Below, piece after piece: positions 18,498-28,100 of a DNA stretch of 45,028 bases. Below the pieces are notes generated by a model, which saw only the letters and a program-made list of their open reading frames with translations, was not told where the DNA came from and did no database searches. Position 1 is the stretch's first letter; each line of letters opens with the position of its first letter. Both the position numbers and the translations under genes were made by a program. The DNA is from an uncultured archaeon (GTDB taxonomy: Archaea > Asgardarchaeota > Lokiarchaeia > Sigyniarchaeales > SOKP01): contig CAZDTP010000031.1 in the NCBI GenBank assembly GCA_964508365.1, forward strand, positions 1 through 45,028, given 5' to 3'.

Positions 18498-19073
18498 TTA
18501 AAAAATTTTGTAAATAATATCATCCAAATCTCTTTTTGGTACATGCATAGTACCATCGGGATTTTTCCAATATTTATATGAATCTTTATAAGGTTCCATA
18601 AATGATTCTTCATCAGGGTATCCTAAACTGATTACATGTTTGACTTGATATTGATCTGGAACTTTTAATAGCAATTTAATTTTTCTGACATTAATGTTAG
18701 CCATCCAACAACTCCCTATCCCATATTTAACTGCACCTAATAATATATTTTCTACCGCAGCTCCAACATCAAAATCAAAAAATGAAGGCTTAATTTCTGT
18801 ATTAACAAGTACTATTATGTACGCTTTAGGTTCTCTTCCTGGCTCTGGAGTTCGCTGGTCTTCAGGTAAAGAACCTGCAAATTTAATTAATTTAAATAAT
18901 TTTTCTCTTGTTTCACTATTTTCAACTAAAACAAACTCAAGACCTTGAACATTTCGGGCCATTGGAGCAACTCGAGCGTAATCAATTAATTTTTTCAGAA
19001 TATCCCTTGGAATTGGATCTTGCTTATATCTTCTTATAGTTCTTCTTTTATATATTGCTTCTTCAATATCCAA
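18498..19073 (-). CDS. Nitroreductase family protein
   Basis: AIYKRRTIRRY, AP..RNVQ, DVGAAVENILLGAVKYGIGSCW and ISLGYP. Confidence 0.93.
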   Translation of the reverse strand: MDIEEAIYKRRTIRRYKQDPIPRDILKKLIDYARVAPMARNVQGLEFVLVENSETREKLFKLIKFAGSLPEDQRTPEPGREPKAYIIVLVNTEIKPSFFDFDVGAAVENILLGAVKYGIGSCWMANINVRKIKLLLKVPDQYQVKHVISLGYPDEESFMEPYKDSYKYWKNPDGTMHVPKRDLDDIIYKIF

Positions 19074-19084
19074 ATTTAAAACCT

Positions 19085-20143
19085 TTATTTTTTCCCTAAT
19101 CTTGAATTTATTATCGTCTCTGCTATGTCGTAGAAAGCATATTCTACATTTTTTCCAGTCAAAGCAGATGTTTCTATATATTCTAAATTTAATTCTTTGG
19201 CTAAAGCTAAAGCCTCAACTAATTTAACTTTTCGTACTTCTGTTAAATCACTTTTATTACCAAAAATATATCCAACCATTTGATGATGGTGTTTTTCCAT
19301 ATTATTCATAACATCATTATACCAATTTTTGATACTCGTAAAGGAAATTCTATTTGTCAAATCAAAAATAAGTAAAATAGCCTCAGAGCCTTGGTAGAAA
19401 TATCTTCTCATCGTCTCGAATTTTGCTTGTCCGGCGATGTCCCATAAGATCATTTCAATAACTCCACTTTTAGCATGAAATATTTTTTCAGTGATACTTA
19501 CTCCAAGAGTGGGAACGTAAGTTCTTAAGAACGCATTATCAGTAAATCGTAGTATTGTAGATGTCTTCCCTACGCCGGGATCTCCAACAACTACGAGTTT
19601 AAACCTATAGTCTACTATTTTTTCTTCTTTACTTCGTTTTTCAGGAAATTCTTTTGATGTTGGTGAAGATATTTCTTTAGTTCTAAAATCTTCTAGTAAC
19701 TTACTGACGCTATTTTGTAGAATTTTAATCTCTTCAAAAATCTTTTCACTTTCTACATTTCGATTCTTTAATTCAATAATTTTTCTCGTTGTTTCATCAA
19801 AGGGAGCCTTAAGGTAATTAATATATTTATAGAAAATCACATCATCTGTCTCTTTAAACAAGAATGTTATCGCGGATCGTGCAAATCCTCCTCTTTTACT
19901 TTCATCTTTTCTTTCAAAATATCTAATTAATCCCTTTAATCTTAAAGAAGGAAAGGGAATGATTAAAAGTGAATCTGGTACAGAACCCTGATCACCTGAA
20001 AGTATTGTCATAGTTTTAATTCCGACTAACATTCTAATAGATTCAGGTAAATTTGATGGTAGCCAATTTATGGGATTAGGACCGAGTTCATCGTCAATAT
20101 CTGTGTATATAACGGCATCAATTAGCTTTTTCAATTTTTTCAC
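19085..20143 (-). CDS. uDENN/folliculin-NPRL2-like longin domain fused to a Rab-like GTPase
   Basis: N-terminal D.DDELGPNP..W.P, IIPFP and KDESKRG; C-terminal GDPGVGKT, WDIAGQ, NKSD, ETSA. Confidence 0.85.
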   Translation of the reverse strand: MKKLKKLIDAVIYTDIDDELGPNPINWLPSNLPESIRMLVGIKTMTILSGDQGSVPDSLLIIPFPSLRLKGLIRYFERKDESKRGGFARSAITFLFKETDDVIFYKYINYLKAPFDETTRKIIELKNRNVESEKIFEEIKILQNSVSKLLEDFRTKEISSPTSKEFPEKRSKEEKIVDYRFKLVVVGDPGVGKTSTILRFTDNAFLRTYVPTLGVSITEKIFHAKSGVIEMILWDIAGQAKFETMRRYFYQGSEAILLIFDLTNRISFTSIKNWYNDVMNNMEKHHHQMVGYIFGNKSDLTEVRKVKLVEALALAKELNLEYIETSALTGKNVEYAFYDIAETIINSRLGKK

Positions 20144-20452
20144 GAAAAATTATTAAAATTTGTTAAAAAACTACATTTGCTTTTATATTCGAAATTAATT
20201 TATAATTAATATTAAAAATATTTATACTTGAGTTATTCCAAAAATAGGATGGAAATTAGGTAATTGATGAGTTTCTAATCGTTTTAAAACTTATATTTCA
20301 TTATAAGGTTTTTTTTCTTCTTAGCCTACTTTTAAAAGATTTATATACATGAATGTATAATGTTAATTTAAGAAAAATTTTTAATAAAAAATATTTGTAA
20401 ATACGACGAATAATTAAATTTCTTGTTATTTCATGTAGAGGTTTAACTCAAA

Positions 20453-20554
20453 ATGCTAATGCTTTCTGACGCAGATTTAATATTGGCAGTTCGGCAAACT
20501 ATAATTGGATTTTTGTTAACCTCTACACTCGGATTATTTTTTGTTTTCAAATAA
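20453..20554 (+). CDS. 33-aa single-helix micro-ORF (MLMLSDADLILAVRQTIIGFLLTSTLGLFFVFK); truncated paralog of the 7TM-zinc finger N-terminus or a leader peptide
   Basis: GAGGT RBS; gapless alignment (12/33 identical) to the N-terminus of the 21026 protein; shares a 20-nt direct repeat with it. Confidence 0.55.
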   Translation: MLMLSDADLILAVRQTIIGFLLTSTLGLFFVFK

Positions 20555-20570
20555 AGAGGTAAATAGAAAA

Positions 20571-21017
20571 ATGGTTAAAAAAATTTTGAAAGGGTTAAAA
20601 TGGACATTTTTAGTGAATTTTATTGTTTTTGTTGTTTTTGGAGTACTTTTATTCTTCCTTGTGGAAGATTATATGGAGTGGTTCAGTATTCCTTTTCTAG
20701 CTCCCGTTGGTTATGGAGGATTATTCGGTGGCGCCCTTTTAGGCTATGCGAGCGCTTCCTTTATAGCGTGGCAAGAGACAGAATGGGAGAAAGTAAAAAT
20801 CCTCGTAATAATGGAGATAGTTTGGCATATGCTAGGAGTATACACTTTTTTTTGGTGGAATATTTTTTGTTGGCCAAATATCTCTATATTATTGCATGCA
20901 AAAATAATGAACTTGATATATCTCATTCTTTTTTCTGGATTCCTCGCAGCATTCATCACTTTCTATATAAAACATGAAAAGGAACAACCACATAATAAAT
21001 CATTTTTGGTAGGGTGA
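20571..21017 (+). CDS. 4-TM membrane protein (tracked ORF starts 20541; ATG 20571 is more likely)
   Basis: Four hydrophobic helices and GGLFGGALLG; GAGGT RBS at 20556-20560. Confidence 0.8.
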   Translation: MVKKILKGLKWTFLVNFIVFVVFGVLLFFLVEDYMEWFSIPFLAPVGYGGLFGGALLGYASASFIAWQETEWEKVKILVIMEIVWHMLGVYTFFWWNIFCWPNISILLHAKIMNLIYLILFSGFLAAFITFYIKHEKEQPHNKSFLVG

Positions 21018-22111
21018 AAGTTAAAATGCTAATGCTTTCTGATGTAGTTTTTTACAACACACTTTTAGAGATTGTGATGTATTTTTTTCCGTCTTTTATA
21101 ATAGGATTATTTTTTATGTTCCAAGGAAGAAAGACAAAAACTAAGCTTCTCTTTTATTATGGGTTAGCATTAATTGGAATTAGCATAACTCTTGGATTTG
21201 GCACTTTCATCGATTTTACAACTATCCTTATAACAGGAAATAACATGGACGGCCAATTAAAACTTTATATATTTTGGGCACCTACTGGTTTTACAGCGCC
21301 CGTTATGGCTTATGTGTGGGCTGAAATATTAATACCCAAGAAGAAGTGGTATTTTTTATCTATAATTTTATTTTTGAATATGCTCAGTTTATTGGATCTA
21401 TTTATATTTCATTGGACGACTGAAATTATTGTACCTCCCATAATACCTGGAGAAGGACTAATAGAAGTCTATTATGATTTGCCAATACCAACGCAAAAGT
21501 TTCCCTTTAGGTGGAATGTATTTACATATTCTTATGCCTTAACCATTGGAGTTGGACTTCTATACAAAGCTTCTGGGACAAAAGGCATATTTAGAAAGAA
21601 GTATATCTATTTATCTATTGGTATTATACTTTATAGTCTCTCACGAATCCTTATGTTTCAAATGGTGCAAGCTTTTGGGGAAGAAGTTCAATATATTTTC
21701 ATGATAATTGACGTGACATCCTTAGTAACTGCTTATTTGGGTTTAAGAGCAGAGCCTGAGGAGCGTAAAAAGAAAGTTAAAAAGAAGATTATAGCTAAAG
21801 ATTCACTATTTCGAATAATTGAAAGACCTGAACAAATTACAGACGAAGAGGTCTCCTATTATCGGGAAAAGAAGATTTGCTTGATGTGTAAAGGAAAAGT
21901 CGCTGGATTTAACATCTTTCTATGCCCTAAATGTGAAGCATTGTATCATCAAAACTGCGCTCGAACGCTTTCTGACTTAGAAAATGCTTGTTGGGTCTGT
22001 AATCAACCGATTGATGAAAAAAAACCCACGAAACCATTTAAAATTGCTGAAGAAAAGAAGATTGTTGAAGATGTAGTAAAAAAAGAGAATAATTCAAAAT
22101 TGGATAAATAG
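21014..22111 (+). CDS. 7-TM membrane protein with C-terminal C4HC3 zinc finger (paralog of 15942..17000); probable start ATG 21026
   Basis: Same architecture; finger at 21878..22000 has identical spacing and 30/41 identity to the paralog; GGGTGA RBS before ATG 21026. Confidence 0.85.
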   Translation: MKVKMLMLSDVVFYNTLLEIVMYFFPSFIIGLFFMFQGRKTKTKLLFYYGLALIGISITLGFGTFIDFTTILITGNNMDGQLKLYIFWAPTGFTAPVMAYVWAEILIPKKKWYFLSIILFLNMLSLLDLFIFHWTTEIIVPPIIPGEGLIEVYYDLPIPTQKFPFRWNVFTYSYALTIGVGLLYKASGTKGIFRKKYIYLSIGIILYSLSRILMFQMVQAFGEEVQYIFMIIDVTSLVTAYLGLRAEPEERKKKVKKKIIAKDSLFRIIERPEQITDEEVSYYREKKICLMCKGKVAGFNIFLCPKCEALYHQNCARTLSDLENACWVCNQPIDEKKPTKPFKIAEEKKIVEDVVKKENNSKLDK

Positions 22112-22117
22112 AAGTAT

Positions 22118-22328
22118 CAGACTAATCTCTAGGAGGAAGAATTAGGTGTAATTCGATATGATTTTCTTATCAGCTGAAAGTTGGACTGTTGGGTTATCTC
22201 GCTTGATTTTGGTTATTTGGGGATTGATTTGGGGTATATTCTTATTTTTGGAGTGTAACTAGCTTTCTATCGTTTATTACATGATTGGATAAGGGTCACC
22301 CTAATTCTCTTAAATGAGATCTAGTCTG
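22118..22328. repeat. Imperfect ~31-bp inverted repeat bracketing a micro-ORF
   Basis: Left arm CAGACTAATCTC...AGAATTAGGTG (22118-22148) versus right arm CACCCTAATTCT...GAGATCTAGTCTG (22297-22328). Confidence 0.55.
22158..22262 (+). CDS. 34-aa single-helix micro-ORF (MIFLSAESWTVGLSRLILVIWGLIWGIFLFLECN)
   Basis: AGGTG RBS 9 nt upstream; one TM helix resembling TM1 of the 7TM family. Confidence 0.5.
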   Translation: MIFLSAESWTVGLSRLILVIWGLIWGIFLFLECN

Positions 22329-22469
22329 CCCTAAAACATAATATAAAATATATTCGATTTTTTTAATTTGTTCGTTAGTCACGCAATTGTCAAAATAACA
22401 ACTATTTTTTAAGCCTTAATTTCTTCATTTATTACAACGGGAAATAAATTTACGGGATAATAATTAAAA

Positions 22470-22736
22470 ATGGAAAATACAGATATTATTTACGAATCGA
22501 CTAAAAAGGCAATGATTAATTTTGAGAAGATAAAAGAATGTATCCAAGGACTCTATGAAGTTTTAAAGATTACACTTCCCTCTGAAGATATATACCTTAA
22601 AATTGGGCAAGACAACATAGAACATCTCTACGAAAATCTATTAGAATTAATGGTAAATGAAATTGGAACGGTTGAATTCATGAAAAAATTAAAATCTGCT
22701 GAAGTAGATTTAGATTTACCATTGGATAATTTGTAA
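22470..22736 (+). CDS. Hypothetical helical protein (88 aa)
   Basis: Non-overlapping ATG-started ORF with natural composition. Confidence 0.75.
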   Translation: MENTDIIYESTKKAMINFEKIKECIQGLYEVLKITLPSEDIYLKIGQDNIEHLYENLLELMVNEIGTVEFMKKLKSAEVDLDLPLDNL

Positions 22737-22750
22737 AAGTAGCCGATCTT

Positions 22751-23377
22751 TTATTTTAACACTTCATTAGTTTCCATATACCATAAATACAAATCTAATT
22801 CATCCAAATCCAACTTAACACGCTCTCCTATTTTTTTAAGAACTTGCTCAATCTCAGTGTATTTCTTTTTAGTTAGAGTTTTTGGTTTTTGGATAATTCC
22901 GAATTCATCTAAGATATCTATTATATGAAAATCTATAATCGCGATGTTCTTAAATCCTATATTTCTTAAAAAATGACTAGCCTCTTTATAACCTAATCCC
23001 TTAATAGTCTTCGCTAGCCACTCTCTTAGCATCATTTCGTCTACATTTGAATTTATTTTTTTTTTAATATCTAAAATAAGGTTTCTGGCCTCAACTATGT
23101 ACTTTGCTCTTATATTAGGAAAACGATAACCGTATTCCTTGAATCTGTTCCTTAACTCCTCTTCAGAATACTTTAAAAAACCAGTATTTATTCTCTTCTG
23201 GACTTCAATACAACTTTTTGCAGCACAATTGGCAGTTAGGATACAAAAACAAAGTTCTTCAAATATCTTTTCGATCCCAAATTCCCTTATTTCGGAGAAT
23301 TCCTTAATACGCTCAGATATGATATTAGAAATATTACTATCTTTTAACGATTCAATTGATGCCAAGAGTTCTTTCAT
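22751..23377 (-). CDS. ogg: N-glycosylase/DNA lyase (archaeal 8-oxoguanine DNA glycosylase, OGG2 type)
   Basis: ELCFCILTAN, YRFPNIRAKYI, HhH IKGLGYKEASHFLRNIG with catalytic Lys, IIDFHI with catalytic Asp, LDLYLWY. Confidence 0.93.
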   Translation of the reverse strand: MKELLASIESLKDSNISNIISERIKEFSEIREFGIEKIFEELCFCILTANCAAKSCIEVQKRINTGFLKYSEEELRNRFKEYGYRFPNIRAKYIVEARNLILDIKKKINSNVDEMMLREWLAKTIKGLGYKEASHFLRNIGFKNIAIIDFHIIDILDEFGIIQKPKTLTKKKYTEIEQVLKKIGERVKLDLDELDLYLWYMETNEVLK

Positions 23378-23457
23378 ACAACTGAAAGAGTAATTGATAA
23401 GTTAAAAGTAGAACTCTTTCATTTAATAAGTTAGTTATTTCATAAAATCTAAATTTA

Positions 23458-24513
23458 ATGCTTAAAATTAGTATATTATCGCTTTACTTAATTATGTATA
23501 AGGTTAAGATTGAAATGAAACGAGATAAGATTTTAATTTTAGGTTCCTTAGCATTCGATCATATTATGGGATTTGAGGAAAATTTCGTTAATGCGGTGTC
23601 GATCGACCTTAATAAAAAAGAATTCCAAAGTACAGTAACTGCCAATAGTCGCACTCAGCATTTCGGCGGAACTGCGGGAAACATTGCATATAACCTTGGT
23701 TTACTCAATTTAACCCCTGCTTCACTTTTAGGTTCGGTTGGTAAAGATTTTGAAAGTTTAGGTTATGCTGAACACATAGCTCAATTCGGTAATATTGAAT
23801 TAAAAGTCGACATTCAAGATAATCTATTCACAGCAGCTTGCTACATTGTAAATGATAATAAATCTAATCAAATGATTATATTTCATGGAGGCGCATTAGA
23901 TGAGAGTAAGAATATCGATTTAAGAAAAAAAATTGAAAACCCTGAACAATACGCTTATGCAATAAATTCAACCCAAGGTATTGAGGCTATGATGAATTTT
24001 TCAGAACAATTAAACGAACTGAATATTCCAACGATATTTGATCCAGGCCAAATAACTCCTCTATTTTCCAAAGATAATTTACTGAGCGTTTTAACCAATT
24101 CAGAGATATTAATAGGAAATGCATATGAAATAAATCAAGTCATAAGCAAGACAGAGATGAACGAAAAAGATTTACTAAAATATATTAGTACTATAGTAAA
24201 AACTAAGGGATCAGAGGGTTCAGAACTTATAACAAAAACAGCTTCTGGAAAATTAGAATACATAGAAATTCCTATTTCGACTCCTAATAAAGTAGTTGAC
24301 ACTACAGGCGCAGGGGATGGATACCGCGCAGGTCTTTTATCTGGAATGATTCTCGAAATGAATGTACAAAATTCTTGTCGTTTAGGTTCAATTATAGGTT
24401 CTTTTGTTGTAGAAACTAGTGGTGCTCAAACACAAATTTACGACATTGCAAGCGTGAGAAAGCGGTTTTTAAATACATTTGGATATATTCCTTCAGAAAT
24501 TGAAAATCGATAG
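23458..24513 (+). CDS. PfkB-family carbohydrate/nucleoside kinase (probable start ATG 23515)
   Basis: GSLAFD, GGTAGNIAYNL, FDPGQ, TKGSEGS and DTTGAGDGYRAG anion hole. Confidence 0.93.
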   Translation: MLKISILSLYLIMYKVKIEMKRDKILILGSLAFDHIMGFEENFVNAVSIDLNKKEFQSTVTANSRTQHFGGTAGNIAYNLGLLNLTPASLLGSVGKDFESLGYAEHIAQFGNIELKVDIQDNLFTAACYIVNDNKSNQMIIFHGGALDESKNIDLRKKIENPEQYAYAINSTQGIEAMMNFSEQLNELNIPTIFDPGQITPLFSKDNLLSVLTNSEILIGNAYEINQVISKTEMNEKDLLKYISTIVKTKGSEGSELITKTASGKLEYIEIPISTPNKVVDTTGAGDGYRAGLLSGMILEMNVQNSCRLGSIIGSFVVETSGAQTQIYDIASVRKRFLNTFGYIPSEIENR

Positions 24514-24550
24514 GATGATTCTTTTCTTTTCCTAATTATAATTCGTCTCA

Positions 24551-24564
24551 CTCACTTAAGTGAG
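24551..24564. promoter_or_regulatory. Perfect 14-bp palindrome CTCACTTAAGTGAG
   Basis: Intergenic, 37 bp after the PfkB stop codon; could be an operator or terminator hairpin. Confidence 0.4.
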
Positions 24565-24761
24565 ATAATATCAGCGTATTACATGGGATATTAAAAAACC
24601 ATATAGAAATTCTTATTTGTCAATAATGGATGTTTCTTCAATCAAGAACTAAAAATTTTTATAGAATTAATGTGCGGTTTGTCACAACAGAAAACCAAGA
24701 TTCTCAATCAATTTAAAAGCATATTATTTGGTTTTATATTTATAAAAACGGTCAAAAATTT

Positions 24762-25085
24762 ATGAATAAATCAAACAACTGCAATAACTCTGAATTTGAT
24801 TATTACTTGAGTATTATAGAATTCTTCCAGAACCAGAAAGTAATAAAAGATACTAAAGAAATATGGAAGAGTAAATCACTCATAGAATTAATGAAGGTTT
24901 TAGAAAGAAGCAGTAAAAAAGAGTTTGTAAAAAATGCCATATTAGTCATTCTTTCATTGTTTGATGAAAATCCTCCCGATATTTATAATTGTAGAGGCAC
25001 AAATGTGAATTCTCTAGACAACGGAGAAAAAAGGTCTTATCTTTCAATTCTTAGAACGGAGTTTTCCGATGAACTGCCAAATTAG
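24762..25085 (+). CDS. Hypothetical helical protein (107 aa)
   Basis: Non-overlapping ATG-started ORF co-oriented with the large surface-protein gene. Confidence 0.75.
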   Translation: MNKSNNCNNSEFDYYLSIIEFFQNQKVIKDTKEIWKSKSLIELMKVLERSSKKEFVKNAILVILSLFDENPPDIYNCRGTNVNSLDNGEKRSYLSILRTEFSDELPN

Positions 25086-25154
25086 TAAGTGGAATTTCCA
25101 AAATGTTGATCCACTCCTTAATTTATTCTTTATTAATTCCCAAAAAGTATTTTT

Positions 25155-28100
25155 TTGAATAAAAATTCTCCCCACTGTAACTTAAATTTATTAATTTTTA
25201 ATTTTATCAGTATTATAATTATTTTTTTCATTAACGGGGATTATATGGAAAAGTTTTCTAATAATTCACTTTTAAAAAAAAAAATCGTTCTAAGAATAAC
25301 AACTATTATTATTATATTAGTAATATTTCTTTCGAGTAGTTTTCACATTCCAAATTCCAACATTATTACAGAAATTAAGAATGATTTTAATGATTTCTCC
25401 CAAAAACCCTTACTTGCAGATACTGATCTAGTTTTATTTGAAGGAAATGAAAATGCTTTAAATATAACAGATTACGGTAATTTATATGATAATAACCAAG
25501 AGGTGTCTTTAAACAATCAAGAGGAGCTAAATCTAACTTATTATCTTGATGATGTTCATGACTGGAAGGTTTCTAAAATTGAAACTCAAGTAAGTAATAT
25601 TCAAGATACTAGAGATTGGGTTAATAATAGCGATTTTGTAAAAAATGTTACAGTTTATAGAAAAAATGTTGATCTTCATAATAAAGACCCTCCTCCACCA
25701 GGAGATCATAATTATGGTGACGATTTAGATGAAGATCCTACTAATCCAGCTAATATCCATTCTAAAATCTATCAAAACGATGCTCTGGCTATTAGGGTTC
25801 ATTTTGAAATAATAGATTTTGAAGATATTTGGGACTGTGTTTTCATATGGGATAAATATGATAAGTGTTATTACTGTGATACTGGATACAGGACAGATTT
25901 CTATAGCCCTTGGATATTAGGAGAAGGAATAAATATTACTATTGGTTCTGATGATTGGATAGGTTCCAATGAATATGGTTATCATATTGATTATTATGAA
26001 TATATCAACGCAAGCTCTGGAATTTCAGAGAATTTAGCCTTTTGGTCAAATTCCACTAATACAGATAAAGATAATTATGGATCTGGCTGGATTGGAAATA
26101 ATACTGCTATGTACACAGCATTATATTCTTATCCCAATAGATTTGATCATAGTGATTATTTTTCTGCTTCTTATACTAAAGGATATTACTCTGAAATATA
26201 TCAAAATCTAACAATTCCAAGAGGTAAAGTTATTGATGCTTATATTAGTTTTAATTATTACGCTGAATTTGCCATGGAATCAAATGATAACTTTATTTAT
26301 TTTAAAATAAATAATAATAAGGTATATACTTTAGGATTAAGAGATGTTGTCGAAGCTGGGAGGTATAAATGGCATCATACTGGTCAAATTAATATAGATT
26401 TATGGGTGAATACTTCAAATATATTTAATAATCTGATAAATAATCAAAAAATTAATATTTCTGTTGGAATCATGAGCGGTGCTTCTGTTAGTTATTCTGG
26501 TTTTCAAGATGCATATCAACAAGTGATATGGTTCGATAATTTATCTTTATTACTTACTACACTCGCAAATTCAAGTCAAAACGATATAAATCTTAAGTTA
26601 AATGAGTATTCTCTTAATCAAGGAGACCAATGGGGGGAATCAGAGTTAAACATTACGGGGACTTGGGATGTTAATCCTGTAGTTCTTAAAGTAAATACAA
26701 GTTCTCCTTCACTTTCTTTTGATTTGGACACCTACTTGTATGGATATCACGAAACTACTTCACGGATTGGGCAAACGACGCTTGAAGGAGTCTCTTTTGA
26801 AATCTTAGAAAATGGGACAGTGTATTGGTATTTTTCACATAATTTTTTTATGCCTTCGCAATACTCAGATTTTGAATTCATCATAAATAAACCTCTGAAT
26901 TGGGAGTTTATCTACGCCCTAGATCCGACCCTTCTTTCTCGTCTTTTTGAAAATGGAAATGTAGGTGATTCAATATTAAAAATCAATAAATCAAGTGCTC
27001 TTTTCCTGGGTTGGTGGTCATTTAAAGCAAGATCTCCAAATTATCTTGATATCGAAAATACAAAGATGTTGAAACAAGATGAATGGTCACGCACTAGTTT
27101 TAATACCGGCGAATCTACACGAATTAAAACACAAGTAAATTACAGTGGTGAAATCCCTAGAAATATAGAGTCTACAGAAGTAAACTTAACGATATCTGAT
27201 CCCGATGGAAAGCAGTGGTATTCAGAAATGAAATCACCCTTGTCAAATGGAAGTGTGTTCTTTTCTGAAATATATTTTGATGCATTAAATACAACCGGAG
27301 GACAATATGATTATACATTATTCTGGTCTAATGGCACTTCTCTGGGAGGATTAAACTCTAGTTTTTTAGTATTACATCAGAGTTCATTCTCACTTATTAA
27401 ACCTAATGATGCAATTTCTGATTTTCAAACTGACGCGTTTATTGGAGATATTATACCAGTGCAAATAAAATTAAAAGATTCTGAAAACAACAATTCCATT
27501 TCAAATGCAATAATTTCATATAATTGGACCTCGGGAACTTTAGATTTTGATGAAGCAGGTTTAGGAATTTATGAGACCATTTTAGATACATCAGATTTGA
27601 TATCAAATGGTTTTTATGAGATTTTAATTGAATTCTCAAAAGTAGGTTTCTTCGATTATAATTTGACTTTGAAAATTAACCTTAGAGAGGAAACTAATGT
27701 CCAGCGAATTCAGTCTGATTATAATATAGAGTTGCACGCAAATAGCACAATAAAATTTAGATATCATTCATTTTTAGATGGAGAAGGAATTGATGGAGCA
27801 AATGTAGGCGTTAATATATCAAATCCTGATTTATATAGCATTGAAAATCTACTTGGTGGTTATTATAATATTGAATTTGATACTTCATTTACCGATAATT
27901 TAGGTATAATTCAGCTTAATTTCAATTTTTCAGCTCCTTCTTTTGAACCTCAAATGCATATTTATCAATTTGAGATTGTAGAACAAAGTGTCAACATTAC
28001 TGCTTATGTTGATAATGTAGAAATTCAACAAAATTCAATTATTGAACTTACATATATGGAAGAGATAAATATCTCTACTCAAGCTAGAGCCTTGATTGAT

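Larger units (their letters stand above)
20450..21042 (+). repeat. 20-bp direct repeat AAAATGCTAATGCTTTCTGA at 20450..20469 and 21023..21042
   Basis: Exact match read from the sequence; each copy spans the start codon of a paralogous ORF. Confidence 0.85.

Noticed and set aside
18694-27639. Tracked ORFs 18694..18948, 20600..20977, 20744..20959, 23139..23393 and 27451..27639
   Set aside because: Essentially nested in better-supported CDSs. 20600..20977 lacks the coherent TM pattern and RBS of the 20571 frame.
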